Source: Pseudomonadota bacterium (lineage in GTDB: Bacteria; Pseudomonadota; Gammaproteobacteria; JAKAQQ01). From it: a stretch of DNA of 57,721 bases. This document shows, in pieces, positions 1 to 9,808 of this stretch (its first letter is position 1; each line of letters starts with the position of its first letter). The stretch is taken from contig JAJZYM010000009.1 in NCBI GenBank assembly GCA_021798115.1, positions 1 through 57,721 on the forward strand. The letters are read 5' to 3'. The translations under genes and the position numbers were made by a program. Below the pieces are notes generated by a model. It did no database searches. It was given only the letters and a program-made list of their open reading frames with translations, and was not told the DNA's origin.

Positions 1-160
1 GTAGAGCTGTTTCCCATCCCTACCCAAAGGTGGGCTGTGCCCGAGAGTGGCGAGACCTCCAAGAACAATGTCGCCTCGCATATTCGCCACCCAGCGGGGA
101 GAAAGACCCGGCTGGGAATATGATCACGGAGAGCCATGATTGCGATGGCGGTCTCGTTAG

Positions 161-356
161 TCGCACCATCCAGGGAGCCTTTGTCGACGACCACGAAGAC
201 CTGCTCTTGACCGACCTCGCCCGCTTCGACCAAAACTCGCCGAGTGGCTGATCTTTTACAACGCCGAACGGCCCCACCATCGACCCGGACAGAAACCCCC
301 GTCATCCTTCCTCCTGCAACATCAACCCCAGTGCCAAAGGTTGGTGGACGCATACA
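161..356 (+). mobile_element. Degenerate IS481-family transposase C-terminus and right end
   Basis: Across two frameshifts it reads RTIQGAFVDDHEDLLLTDLARFDQ/LAEWLIFYNAERPHH..GQKPPSSFLLQHQPQCQR/WWTHT. The YN.ERPH motif and an ORF running into a terminal ACA (356) fit IS481. Confidence 0.65.
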
Positions 357-361
357 TACGC

Positions 362-390
362 TTGCGCTACGGTTGGCTTTGGGTTATCGT
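362..390 (+). promoter_or_regulatory. sigma70 promoter of rnpB
   Basis: TTGCGC (362-367), 17-nt spacer, TATCGT (385-390), 6 nt before the RNA 5' end. Confidence 0.6.
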
Positions 391-396
391 GGCCGA

Positions 397-784
397 GGAG
401 TACCGAGTGGACCAGGCAATCGCCTCCGCCTCGGCGGGGGAGGAAAGTCCGGGCTCCACGGACCAGAGTGCCAGGTAACACCTGGGAGACGCGAGTCTAC
501 GGAAAGTGCCACAGAAAACATACCGCCAACGTTCGTCGGGACTTTGTCCCCTCGGGCACGGCAAGGGTGAAAAGGTGCGGTAAGAGCGCACCGCGCGGCT
601 GGCAACAGTCGTGGCAGGGCAAACCCCACTCGGAGCAAGACCAAATAGGGGGGCGGACCACTTCGGTGGTCACATGCGGTCCGCATGGCCCCCGGGTAGG
701 TCGCTTGAGCGCCGTGGCGACACGGCGCCCAGAGGCATGATTGCCCTCGACAGAACCCGGCTTATCGATCCACTCGGCTACTCC
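397..784 (+). ncRNA. rnpB: RNase P RNA, bacterial type A
   Basis: Universal motifs GAGGAAAGTCCGGGCT, GGAAAGTGCCACAGAAA, GGTAAGAGCGCACC, AAACCCCACTCGGAGCAAG and ACAGAACCCGGCTTA. P1 pairs GGAGTACCGAGTGGA with TCCACTCGGCTACTCC. Confidence 0.97.
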
Positions 785-1060
785 ACGGATTGCGCGGTGG
801 GCTCGCTCCGCGATGACGGTGGGATTTGCGCAAAATGGGACCGATTTGGCCCTTTGCGTGGGTCGGACGGGGACCGTTGATTCCTCTGTGTCCGGTGGGC
901 CGCCCACCGAAAAGGATCATGGCTCGAGCCGGGACTGATAAAAATAATATTTATGTAATACAATATATTATCAAATAAAAAAAGACTATTTCGAGGTCGT
1001 AGGCCCGCCTTCGAGCCTTCCTTTGAGGGTCGGAGTGGTAAGGAAGTGGCGACACCAGGG

Positions 1061-1101
1061 TTGACGGGTGGTAAAAAGTGGTAAAAACTGGGGCACGGTG
1101 G
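1061..1101 (+). promoter_or_regulatory. dcw promoter with MraZ-binding repeats
   Basis: TTGACG-N17-AAAACT, overlapped by GTGG/CTGG at 1068, 1078, 1088 and 1098 (exact 10-bp period). Further GTGG copies at 1035 and 1046. Confidence 0.75.
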
Positions 1102-1116
1102 CTGGAGCGTGTTTAG

Positions 1117-1572
1117 GTGTTTCGGGGTGTCAACGAGATAGCACTCGACGGCAAAGGGCGGTTGGCGATGCCGACTCGCTACCGCCAGGAAATCTTTGCG
1201 CTCTGTTCGGGGTCTCTGGTTTTCACCATCGATCGGGAGAGTTGCCTCCTTCTTTATCCGCTCCCGGTGTGGGAACGGCTTGAGAACGAACTTGTCCGTC
1301 TGCCCAATCTCGACGCGCATGCCCGCCGTCTTCAGCGACTGCTGCTCGGCCATGCGACCGAGGTCACGATGGACGGTCACGGCCGACTTCTGGTTCCGGG
1401 TCCTCTGCGCGATTTCGCCCGCCTCGATCACGACGTGGTCCTTGTCGGTCAGGGCGAGAAGTTCGAGCTTTGGGACGCCGCGCTCTGGCGGGGCAACCGC
1501 GACCAGTGGATCACCGAGCAGGCGCGATTCGAGAGCGGCACGAGCGGCCCTCTCGGCAACCTGAGGATCTGA
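1117..1572 (+). CDS. mraZ: Division/cell wall cluster transcriptional repressor MraZ
   Basis: MFRG..LDGKGRL and MDGHGRLLVP repeats; first gene of the cluster. Confidence 0.96.
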   Translation: MFRGVNEIALDGKGRLAMPTRYRQEIFALCSGSLVFTIDRESCLLLYPLPVWERLENELVRLPNLDAHARRLQRLLLGHATEVTMDGHGRLLVPGPLRDFARLDHDVVLVGQGEKFELWDAALWRGNRDQWITEQARFESGTSGPLGNLRI

Positions 1573-1574
1573 GC

Positions 1575-2501
1575 ATGGACGCCTGTCTGGCAACGCACGA
1601 GCCGGTCATGCTCGAGACGGTCTTGCGTTTCTGGTTCCGTGGCGACGACGGCGTCTACGTGGACGCCACCTACGGTCGGGGTGGCCACAGCCGTGCTCTT
1701 CTCGAGCGTCTCGGGCCAGAAGGGCGTCTTTACCTCGTCGACCGAGATCCCGACGCCGTTGCGCACGCGCGCAGCCGTTTTGCCGGCGACGAGCGCGTCG
1801 TGGTGGCCGCCGGTCCTTTCTCCCGCCTGGGCGAGCTGGCCGCACACTGGTCGGTGGTGGGTCGGGTGCGTGGGGTGCTTCTCGATCTCGGTGTCTCGAG
1901 CCCCCAGCTCGAGGATGCCCGCCGCGGTTTCTCCTTCACGCGCGAGGGACCGCTCGACATGCGGATGGATCCGGAGCACGGGTCAAGCCTGGCGACATGG
2001 CTCGCCGGGGTTGACGAGCGGCGCCTCGTGGACGTGCTCGAGCGCTACGGCGAAGAACGGCACGCCCGCCCGATCGCACGGGCGGTGCTCGAGGCCCGCC
2101 GTCGCGGACGCCTGAGCACGACCCGAGAGCTCGCGACGGTCGTGGCCGGCGCCGTGCCCCGAAGCGGGTTGCGCCGGCACCCCGCGACGCGGACGTTCCA
2201 GGCGCTGCGCATCGTTGTCAACGGTGAGCTCGACGAGCTCGAAGCCGTCCTGCCGCAGGCGGCGCGGGTCCTGGAACTCTCCGGACGGCTTCTCGTGCTG
2301 AGTTTCCACTCGCTCGAGGACCGGATCGTCAAGCATTTCTTCCGTTCTCCCCGACGCGGGGAAGCCACACGCGAGGGACTTCTTCCCCTCGCCTCGCTCG
2401 CCCCCGAGCCCGAGGAGCGGAGACGCAATCCGCGCGCGCGCAGCGCCCGCCTGCGCGTGGCCGAAAAACTCCGGGAGACCGACGCGTGTCCCGGCGCCTG
2501 A
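1575..2501 (+). CDS. rsmH: 16S rRNA C1402 N4-methyltransferase
   Basis: HEPVM, DATYGRGGHS, DLGVSSPQL, GPLDMRMD, SFHSLEDRIVK, NPRARSARLR. Confidence 0.96.
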   Translation: MDACLATHEPVMLETVLRFWFRGDDGVYVDATYGRGGHSRALLERLGPEGRLYLVDRDPDAVAHARSRFAGDERVVVAAGPFSRLGELAAHWSVVGRVRGVLLDLGVSSPQLEDARRGFSFTREGPLDMRMDPEHGSSLATWLAGVDERRLVDVLERYGEERHARPIARAVLEARRRGRLSTTRELATVVAGAVPRSGLRRHPATRTFQALRIVVNGELDELEAVLPQAARVLELSGRLLVLSFHSLEDRIVKHFFRSPRRGEATREGLLPLASLAPEPEERRRNPRARSARLRVAEKLRETDACPGA

Positions 2502-2755
2502 TACTCCTCGCCCTGGCGGCTCTTGTGCTCGCCAGCAGCCTCGCCGCCGTCTGGACCAGCTACCGGCACCGGACACTCTTCGCTCACGAGATGCGGCTCG
2601 AGAACCGCATCGAAGTCCTCAACGCCCGTTGGTCACAGCTCCTTCTCGAGCAGGGGACCCTCGAGAGCCACGCCCGCCTCGCCCGCTTGGCCCACCGCCG
2701 CCTCGGCATGGCTCCGCCGCGCCGCATCCACATCGTCGTGGTGCGCACGCGATGA
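2486..2755 (+). CDS. ftsL: Cell division protein FtsL
   Basis: 89 aa, one TM helix, coiled coil W..LLLEQ.TL..H.R...A..RLGM; sits between rsmH and ftsI. Confidence 0.9.
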   Translation: MSRRLILLALAALVLASSLAAVWTSYRHRTLFAHEMRLENRIEVLNARWSQLLLEQGTLESHARLARLAHRRLGMAPPRRIHIVVVRTR

Positions 2756-4458
2756 GTTCCTCTCTGGCCCGCACCCGCCTGCTCGTTCTGGCCGTCCCGC
2801 TGGCGTTGGGCACGCTCGGTCTTGCGGCGCGTGTCGTTGATCTCGAGACCGTCGGGCGCCCGCGGCTTCTGGCCCAGGCGCGTCTTCGCGAGACGCGTCA
2901 GCTGGTCCTCCCGGCCCACCGCGGCATGATCGTGGACCGCTTCGGCACGCCGCTTGCGGTGAGCACTCTCGTCGAGGATCTCTGCGCCGACCCACGGGTC
3001 CTCATCCATCGTCCGGGCGAGTGGCCCGAGCTTGCACGTCTCGCCGGCTGGTCGCTTCCAGCTCTCGCACAGGCCGTCCGCACCCAGCGCGCCTACGCGT
3101 TCATGTATCTCCGGCGCGGGATGGACCCGTTCCACGCCCGGGAAATCATCGCCCGCGGTCTGCCCGGGGTCTTTCTGGTGCCCCAGTTCCGCCGTTACTA
3201 CCCGGAAGGCGCGGCCGCCGCCCAGGTGGTCGGCTACACCACCATCGGCGACCGTGGTGAAGGAGGGCTCGAGCTCGCCTACAACCGCGTCCTGGCCGGC
3301 CGCTCGGGACGTCTTGAGGTCGTCGTGAACGGGCTCGGTCAGTCGGCGAGTGCGGTCCGTCTCGTGCGCCGTCCGCGACCCGGGCACAGCCTTGTCAGCA
3401 GTCTCGACATGCGTCTTCAGTACGTCGCCTACGCGGCGTTGCGGAAGGAGATCCGCCTCGAACACGCGCAGGCCGGCTCGGTCGTCGTCGTCGATCCCCA
3501 TACGGGGGAAGTGCTCGCGATGAGCACCGTGCCTTCGTTCAATCCCAACACACGGTCCGACTACATTCCCGCGCGGATGCGGGCGCGGGCGGCGACCGAT
3601 ATGTTCGAGCCCGGTTCGGTCTTCAAGCCTTTCACGATCGCCGCGGCTCTCGCGAGCGGTCGTTACACCCCCGGGAGTGTCGTCAATACAGGGCAGGGTC
3701 TTCTTTCGGTGGGGGGGTATATCATCCGCGACGACGCCGCCTGGGGGCGGATCAATCTCACGACACTTCTCGAGAAGTCGAGCAACGTCGGGGCCTCCCT
3801 CGTGGCCCTGTCCCTGCCGCGGCGCTACCTCTGGAGAGCCTACAACGCTTTCGGGTTCGGACGCCTGACCGGCAGCGGTTTCCCCGGGGAATCGCCGGGT
3901 CTGCTGCACGTCTGGACGCACTGGTCGATGTCGATGCACGCCTCGATCAGTTACGGCTACGGGGTGGCCGTCACCCTGCTTCAGCTGGCCCGGGGTTACG
4001 CGGCGCTGGCCAACCACGGCGTTCTTCTTCCCCTGACGTTTGTGCGCCGCCCGCGCCCCCCGTCGGGACGCGCCATCGTCCCGCCGCGCGTGGCCCACGA
4101 ACTCTGCCGGATGCTGACATCCGTGGTCTCGCCCGAAGGAACCGGGTTCCTCGCGCAGATCCCCGGCTACGAGGTGGCCGGGAAGACGGGGACGTCGTAC
4201 ATCGTCCGTGACGGCCGTTACGATCGGCACGATTACAGCTCGGTGTTCGTGGGTTTGGCCCCCGTCCCCCATCCGCGGCTCGTCGTCGCCGTCGTGGTGG
4301 AAGGCACAGGAAAGCGCCAGTATTTCGGGGGGCTCGTCGCCGCGCCGATCTTCAAGCGGGTGATGGAGGAGGCGCTTCGCATCCTTGGGGTTCCGCCCGA
4401 CCGCCCGTCGGCCGTGCGGCTGGCGAGCGTCGTTTGGCGGCAGGGATCCACGGCATGA
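2752..4458 (+). CDS. ftsI: Peptidoglycan D,D-transpeptidase FtsI (PBP3)
   Basis: RG.I.DR.G, RYYPEG, EPGSVFK (SxxK), SSN and GKTGT motifs; ATGA overlap with ftsL. Confidence 0.95.
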   Translation: MSSSLARTRLLVLAVPLALGTLGLAARVVDLETVGRPRLLAQARLRETRQLVLPAHRGMIVDRFGTPLAVSTLVEDLCADPRVLIHRPGEWPELARLAGWSLPALAQAVRTQRAYAFMYLRRGMDPFHAREIIARGLPGVFLVPQFRRYYPEGAAAAQVVGYTTIGDRGEGGLELAYNRVLAGRSGRLEVVVNGLGQSASAVRLVRRPRPGHSLVSSLDMRLQYVAYAALRKEIRLEHAQAGSVVVVDPHTGEVLAMSTVPSFNPNTRSDYIPARMRARAATDMFEPGSVFKPFTIAAALASGRYTPGSVVNTGQGLLSVGGYIIRDDAAWGRINLTTLLEKSSNVGASLVALSLPRRYLWRAYNAFGFGRLTGSGFPGESPGLLHVWTHWSMSMHASISYGYGVAVTLLQLARGYAALANHGVLLPLTFVRRPRPPSGRAIVPPRVAHELCRMLTSVVSPEGTGFLAQIPGYEVAGKTGTSYIVRDGRYDRHDYSSVFVGLAPVPHPRLVVAVVVEGTGKRQYFGGLVAAPIFKRVMEEALRILGVPPDRPSAVRLASVVWRQGSTA

Positions 4459-6023
4459 GCGAGACGAGCCTCGGCGTTCTCCTGAAGGATTTGGGCGGTG
4501 CCCTGACGGAGCGGACCGCAAGGATTGTGGTCCGTGAACTCACCCTGGACAGCCGAGAAGCGGCTCCGGGTGTGCTCTTTCTGGCCCGTCGCGGGGCCAA
4601 GACCCACGGCGTGCGGTTCGCCGCCGAAGCCTTCGGTCGAGGGGCGTCGGCCGTGCTCTACGATCCGATCGCAGAAGACGGGACCGGGATGTCTTGCCTT
4701 GAGGGGGACGAGGGGGCTGTTCCGTGCCCTCCGCAGAGCGGACCCTGCGTGCCCCTTCCGGGACTCGAAGCCCGGTTGGGCGAGATCGCGCGGCGCTTCT
4801 ACGGCGACGCGAGCCGGGACCTTGCGCTCACGGCCGTGACCGGCACGAACGGCAAGACCACCGTTGCCTGGCTGCTCACGCAGGCCTGGCGCGCGCTCGA
4901 TCCGCCTCGCGGCGCGGCGTACCTCGGGACACTCGGGGTCGAATGGGGAACGGGTGAGCGGGTCGCGCTCGAGCGGACCACCCCCGACGTGGTCACGCTT
5001 CACCGATGGTGCGCGCGGCTCAGGGACGCCAAGATCGGACATCTCGTCTGTGAGGCGTCCTCGCACGCCCTCGTCCAGGGGCGTCTCGATGGCCTGCGGA
5101 TCCGGACCGCCGTCTTCACCAATCTCTCCCCCGAGCATCTTGACTACCACCGGAACCTCGAAGAGTACCGGGAAGCGAAATGGCGGCTTTTTGCGCGCCC
5201 GGAACTCGCAAATGCGGCCCTCAATGTCGGCGACGCCTGCGGACGGCTCTTCTCCCGGCGGCTGCTCGCGCGGCCTCCCGCCGGGGAGACGCCCGTGGTG
5301 CGGGTCGTACGCTACGGGGCGGAAGAGGACGAGGCGGAGTTCCGCGCCGGGAACGTTGTGGCCGGGGTCTCGGCAACGCGTTTCGATCTTCTCGGGCCGA
5401 GCGGCGAGCGGAAGACGCTACGCGTCGGCCTCCTCGGGGGATTCAATGTCGAGAATCTCCTGGCGGTCGCCGCCGCGCTCCACGCCGAAGGCGTGGAGTT
5501 CGAGCGGATGGCTTCCGTTTTTCCCGCCCTGAGTCCCCCTCCGGGGCGACTCGAGTTTGTTTGCGTGCAGGACGGCCCGACGGTCGTCGTCGATTTTGCC
5601 CACACCCCCGCCGCGCTCGCGGCGGTGCTCGGAGTCTGCCGGAGCCTCACACGCGGTCGCCTCATCGTGGTCTTCGGCTGCGGTGGGGAACGCGATCGCG
5701 GCAAGCGGCCGGCGATGGGGAAACTGGCTTCGGAGCAGGCCGATCGGGTGATCCTGACGGATGACAATCCGCGCCACGAAGATCCGGAGGCGATCACGGA
5801 CGAGATCCTCGCCGGCGTGCCGCCGGGGGATCCGCGTGTCAGCGTGGAGCACGACCGCGCGCGGGCAATTGCCCAAGCGCTTGCAGAGGCCGCGGCGGGC
5901 GATCTCGTGCTCCTGGCCGGCAAGGGGCACGAAGAGACTCAGGTGTACGGAACGGATCCTCGGCCGTTTTCCGATCTCGGGGTTGTCCGGGACCGCCTGG
6001 GCGGGAGGATCCGTCCGTGCTGA
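4455..6023 (+). CDS. murE: UDP-MurNAc-tripeptide synthetase (meso-DAP type)
   Basis: VTGTNGKTT, TTPD, EASSHAL, DFAHTP, FGCGG.RD, DNPR (DAP specificity), GKGHE. Confidence 0.95.
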   Translation: MSETSLGVLLKDLGGALTERTARIVVRELTLDSREAAPGVLFLARRGAKTHGVRFAAEAFGRGASAVLYDPIAEDGTGMSCLEGDEGAVPCPPQSGPCVPLPGLEARLGEIARRFYGDASRDLALTAVTGTNGKTTVAWLLTQAWRALDPPRGAAYLGTLGVEWGTGERVALERTTPDVVTLHRWCARLRDAKIGHLVCEASSHALVQGRLDGLRIRTAVFTNLSPEHLDYHRNLEEYREAKWRLFARPELANAALNVGDACGRLFSRRLLARPPAGETPVVRVVRYGAEEDEAEFRAGNVVAGVSATRFDLLGPSGERKTLRVGLLGGFNVENLLAVAAALHAEGVEFERMASVFPALSPPPGRLEFVCVQDGPTVVVDFAHTPAALAAVLGVCRSLTRGRLIVVFGCGGERDRGKRPAMGKLASEQADRVILTDDNPRHEDPEAITDEILAGVPPGDPRVSVEHDRARAIAQALAEAAAGDLVLLAGKGHEETQVYGTDPRPFSDLGVVRDRLGGRIRPC

Positions 6024-7402
6024 ATTGGAATCTTGGAAAAATCGCCGAGGTTCTCGCCGGAGAACGCCGGGGTCCGCCGGTCGAGATCCTCGGCCTCGGC
6101 CACGACGGGCGAACGATCGCGCGCGGAGCACTCTTCGTTGCGCTGCGTGGCCCGCACCACGACGGGCATGACTATCTCGCTCAAGCGGCCGAGCGCGGGG
6201 CCGCCGCCGCCCTCGTGGCCGATGACCGCAGCGCGCCCTTGCCCACGGTCCGCGTCGGGGAGACGCGCGCGGCGCTTCTCGACCTCGCCGCGCACTGGCG
6301 TCGAAGCTTCACGCTACCGCTCGCGGTCGTGGCCGGAGCGAACGGGAAGACGACCGTGAAGAACATGACGGCCGCGATTCTTGCCCGCACAGGCTCCACC
6401 CTGGCGACGGAAGGCAATCAGAACAACGAGATCGGGATCCCTCTCACGCTCGCGCGTCTCGGCCCCGAGCACCGACACGCGGTCGTCGAGATCGGCATCA
6501 ACCGCAGCGGAGAAATGGCTCCTCTCGCGCGGGCCGTCGCCCCGACCGCGGCGGTCGTGACGTCGGTCAGCGAGGAGCATCTTGAGGGTCTCGGTGATCT
6601 CGCCAACGTGGCGCGTGAAGAGGGCGCGGTCTACACCGCCCTTCCACCCGCGGGCACCGCCGTTCTCGATGCCGAGTCTCCCTGGCTGGCCGCCTGGATG
6701 GCGTCCACCCGGGCTCGGCGGCGCCTCCTCTTCGGCGGGACGGTCGGTGATGTCCGCTGTCTCGGTGAACCCCAGCTCGGACCCGAGGGCGCACACTTCG
6801 GGCTCCGGCTTCCCGACGGGGAGGTCACGGTGCGCCTCGGCATTCTTGGTCGCCACGGTGTGCACGACGCCGTCGTCGCCGCCGCGCTGGCCACGGCGCT
6901 TGGTGCGGCTCCGGAGGCGGTCGTGGACGGACTCGCTGCCGTGCGCCCGGGACTCCACCGGCTTCAGCCGCGCCGTCTCCGCACGGGGGGGGACCTTCTC
7001 GACGACACCTACAACGCCAACCCGGGCTCTCTCAAGGCCGCCCTCGAAACCGCGGGCCTCTGGTCCGGGGAACGCTGGTGCGTGCTGGGGACGATGGGCG
7101 AACTGGGTCCGGACAGCCCCTACTGGCACCGACGGGCGGGTGAGGACGTGCGCGCCGCCGCTTTTTCCCGCCTCTTCGTGATCGGCCGGGAAGCGGAGCA
7201 CGCCGCCCGCGCCTTTGGTCGTGGAGCCGAGATGGCTTCCGGGATCGAGGACTTGATCGAACGGATCCACCGCGCTCTCGCCGAAGGCGGCCCGGATCTC
7301 CTTCTCGTCAAGGGCTCCCGGGCCATGCGTCTCGAGCGGCTCGTTGAGGCTGTGGTCGGTCCGGATTCGGAGGAAACGGTTCATGCCGCCGCTCTTCGCT
7401 GA
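6017..7402 (+). CDS. murF: UDP-MurNAc-pentapeptide ligase
   Basis: GANGKTT, GNQNNEIGIP, DDTYNANP, MGELG, LVKGSR. Confidence 0.95.
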   Translation: MLNWNLGKIAEVLAGERRGPPVEILGLGHDGRTIARGALFVALRGPHHDGHDYLAQAAERGAAAALVADDRSAPLPTVRVGETRAALLDLAAHWRRSFTLPLAVVAGANGKTTVKNMTAAILARTGSTLATEGNQNNEIGIPLTLARLGPEHRHAVVEIGINRSGEMAPLARAVAPTAAVVTSVSEEHLEGLGDLANVAREEGAVYTALPPAGTAVLDAESPWLAAWMASTRARRRLLFGGTVGDVRCLGEPQLGPEGAHFGLRLPDGEVTVRLGILGRHGVHDAVVAAALATALGAAPEAVVDGLAAVRPGLHRLQPRRLRTGGDLLDDTYNANPGSLKAALETAGLWSGERWCVLGTMGELGPDSPYWHRRAGEDVRAAAFSRLFVIGREAEHAARAFGRGAEMASGIEDLIERIHRALAEGGPDLLLVKGSRAMRLERLVEAVVGPDSEETVHAAALR

Positions 7403-8447
7403 GTCCTGGACACCGCTCGCCGGAGGGGCGTTTCTCGACGAGCGCTGCCTTCTCGCGGCGCTCACCGCTTTTGCCGTCTCGCTCGCCGCGGGCCCGTGGA
7501 CGATTCGCCGGCTGGCCCGCCTGAAGGCCGGGCAGGTGGTGCGGGACGACGGTCCACGCACGCATCTTCGCAAGGCCGGGACCCCCACCATGGGGGGGGT
7601 CCTCATCGTCTTGGCCATTCTCATCGCTTCGCTGCTCTGGGTCCGGCCCAACCTCGAGGTGGCCGTTCTGCTCCTGGGCCTCGTGGGGTTTGCCGGGATT
7701 GGACTCCTCGACGACGCTCTCAAACTCCGCCGCCGCCACAGCCGTGGAATCGGGGCGCGGTTCAAGTTTGCCCTGCAGGCCCTGCTGGCCCTGATCGTGG
7801 TGATCCTCCTCGATGCCCTGGCTCGCCCTCACGGGCTTGCGGATCTGATCGTCCCTTTCGATCCCGGTGTCCGGCTCGATCCCGGTGTGCTCGCCGTGCC
7901 GCTCGCGTGGTTCGTCGTCGTCGGGACGAGCAACGCCGTCAATCTCACCGACGGGCTCGATGGACAGGCCGCCCTGCAGACGGCGCTGATCGTCTCGGCC
8001 CTCGGGGCTCTCGCCTACGCCTTGGGGCATCCGGCCTTGGCCGGGGTTCTCCGCCTGGGTGCGACGCCCGCGTTGCGCGAGACGGCCGTGGTGGCCGCCG
8101 CCACCGCCGGGGCCGGTCTCGGGTTCCTCTGGTACAACGGGCACCCGGCGCAGATCTTCATGGGGGATGTGGGGGCGTTGGCTCTCGGGGCCGTCCTCGG
8201 GATTCTGGCCGTCGAGTCGGGGGCCGATCTCCTGCTCTTTCTCATGGGCGGCGTCCTCGTCGCCGAGACGCTCTCGGTCGTGGCCCAGGTGGTGTCGTTC
8301 AAGACGACCAGGCGCAGGGTCCTGCGCATGGCGCCGCTGCACCACCACTTCGAGCTCGGCGGCTGGGCGGAAACCAAAGTGGTTGTGCGCTTCGCGCTCG
8401 TGACCCTCGTCCTCATTCTTCTCGTCGTCGTGGGCCTGCGTCCGTGA
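7383..8447 (+). CDS. mraY: Phospho-N-acetylmuramoyl-pentapeptide transferase
   Basis: KAGTPTMGG, LLDD, SNAVNLTDGLDG, IFMGDVG, MAPLHHHFEL. Confidence 0.96.
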   Translation: MPPLFAESWTPLAGGAFLDERCLLAALTAFAVSLAAGPWTIRRLARLKAGQVVRDDGPRTHLRKAGTPTMGGVLIVLAILIASLLWVRPNLEVAVLLLGLVGFAGIGLLDDALKLRRRHSRGIGARFKFALQALLALIVVILLDALARPHGLADLIVPFDPGVRLDPGVLAVPLAWFVVVGTSNAVNLTDGLDGQAALQTALIVSALGALAYALGHPALAGVLRLGATPALRETAVVAAATAGAGLGFLWYNGHPAQIFMGDVGALALGAVLGILAVESGADLLLFLMGGVLVAETLSVVAQVVSFKTTRRRVLRMAPLHHHFELGGWAETKVVVRFALVTLVLILLVVVGLRP

Positions 8448-9808
8448 ACGCGTTCCTTCCTCCCGCCGGGAGCACGCTCGTCGTCGGTCTGGGGCGGACG
8501 GGGACATCGCTTCTCGCCCATCTCGAACGGCACGGGCGCCCCGCCGCGGGCTACGACGACCGCAACGGCGAGGTGCTGGCGCGTGTCGGCCGGGATCGGC
8601 CCGGACTCGCCCTGACGGCCGGGACGGTTCCCGAGACCTGGTGGGAACGCCTGGCGGGTCTCGCCGTCTCCCCGGGGGTGCCTTCTACGCATCCGGTCCT
8701 CGTCGAGGCGCGCCGCCGCGGCCTCGCGGTCGAGGGCGACATCGAATTCTTTGCCCGCACCGCCGAGGCTCCGATCCTCGGGGTGACCGGAACCAACGGC
8801 AAAAGTACGGTGGTGGCCCTTCTCGGAGCGATGGCCACGCGGGCCGGACGGCGCGTCGCGGTGGGAGGCAACTACGGCACGCCCGCGCTCGATCTCCTGA
8901 GCCGCCCCGAGCCTGAACTCTACGTGCTCGAACTCTCGAGTTTTCAGCTCGAACTGACTTCGAGCCTGCGCACACGCGCCGCGGTCGTGCTCAATCTCAC
9001 CGAGGATCATCTCGACCGGCACGGGAGCCTTGCGGCCTACGCGGCGGCGAAAGAGCGTATTTATCAGGGTGCCGAGATCGCCGTCGGCAACCGCGACGAC
9101 GCCCATGTGGCCGCGATGCTGGCGCGGCAACACGGCGAGCGCCGCACCTTCGGCCTCGACAGGCCGCGGGGGGAGGATTACGGTCTCGAGGAAGGGGAGG
9201 ACGGTGGGTGGCTGGTTGGCGGCGGGCGGCGGTTGCTCCCCGTCCGCGATCTCCTCCTGGTCGGACGCCACAACCTCCGCAACGTACAGGCCGCCTGGGC
9301 CCTTGCGGATGCGGCAGGCTTGCCCGAGGACGCCGTGCGCGACGCCGCCCGGACGTTTCCCGGGTTGCCGCACCGCATGCAGGCGGTCGGTGAACACGCC
9401 GGGGTGCGCTACTACGACGACAGCAAGGCCACGAACGTGGGGGCCACGGTGGCCGCGCTCGGCGCTCTCGATCGCCCGGTGGTGGCGATCTTCGGCGGAC
9501 AGGGCAAGGGCCAGTCGTTTGCTCCGCTGGCCGCCGCCGCACGCGGGAGGCTTCGCGCCGCGGTTCTCCTCGGGGAAGACGCTCCCGCGCTCGCCCGCGC
9601 CCTCGAGGGGGTGTGCCCGCTCGCCGCCGCCTCCGATATGGAGGAGGCGGTACGTCGGGCCTCCGCCCTCGCCCGTCGTGGAGACGCGGTGCTTCTTGCC
9701 CCGGCCTGTGCAAGCTTCGACATGTTTCGGGACTACGCCGATCGGGGGGAACGGTTCCGCCGTGCGGTCGAGGCGCTGGGGGCCGTCCCGGCCGGGGTGC
9801 ACCCGTGA
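8444..9808 (+). CDS. murD: UDP-MurNAc-L-Ala:D-Glu ligase
   Basis: GLGRTG, VSPG, GTNGKSTV, LELSSFQL, EDHLDRH, DDSKATN, APACASFDMF; GTG start overlapping the mraY stop. Confidence 0.96.
   Translation: MNAFLPPAGSTLVVGLGRTGTSLLAHLERHGRPAAGYDDRNGEVLARVGRDRPGLALTAGTVPETWWERLAGLAVSPGVPSTHPVLVEARRRGLAVEGDIEFFARTAEAPILGVTGTNGKSTVVALLGAMATRAGRRVAVGGNYGTPALDLLSRPEPELYVLELSSFQLELTSSLRTRAAVVLNLTEDHLDRHGSLAAYAAAKERIYQGAEIAVGNRDDAHVAAMLARQHGERRTFGLDRPRGEDYGLEEGEDGGWLVGGGRRLLPVRDLLLVGRHNLRNVQAAWALADAAGLPEDAVRDAARTFPGLPHRMQAVGEHAGVRYYDDSKATNVGATVAALGALDRPVVAIFGGQGKGQSFAPLAAAARGRLRAAVLLGEDAPALARALEGVCPLAAASDMEEAVRRASALARRGDAVLLAPACASFDMFRDYADRGERFRRAVEALGAVPAGVHP

Noticed and set aside
1-160. Possible second IS end (TAGAGCTGTTTCC...)
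   Set aside because: No partner inverted repeat or transposase motif is visible, so it cannot be supported.
893-913. Hairpin CGGTGGG-ccg-CCCACCG after rnpB
   Set aside because: It is followed by A's rather than T's, so it is not a canonical terminator, and no function can be supported.
20-938. Short ORFs over the first 900 bp
   Set aside because: They overlap rnpB or the IS remnant and show no independent protein motifs.
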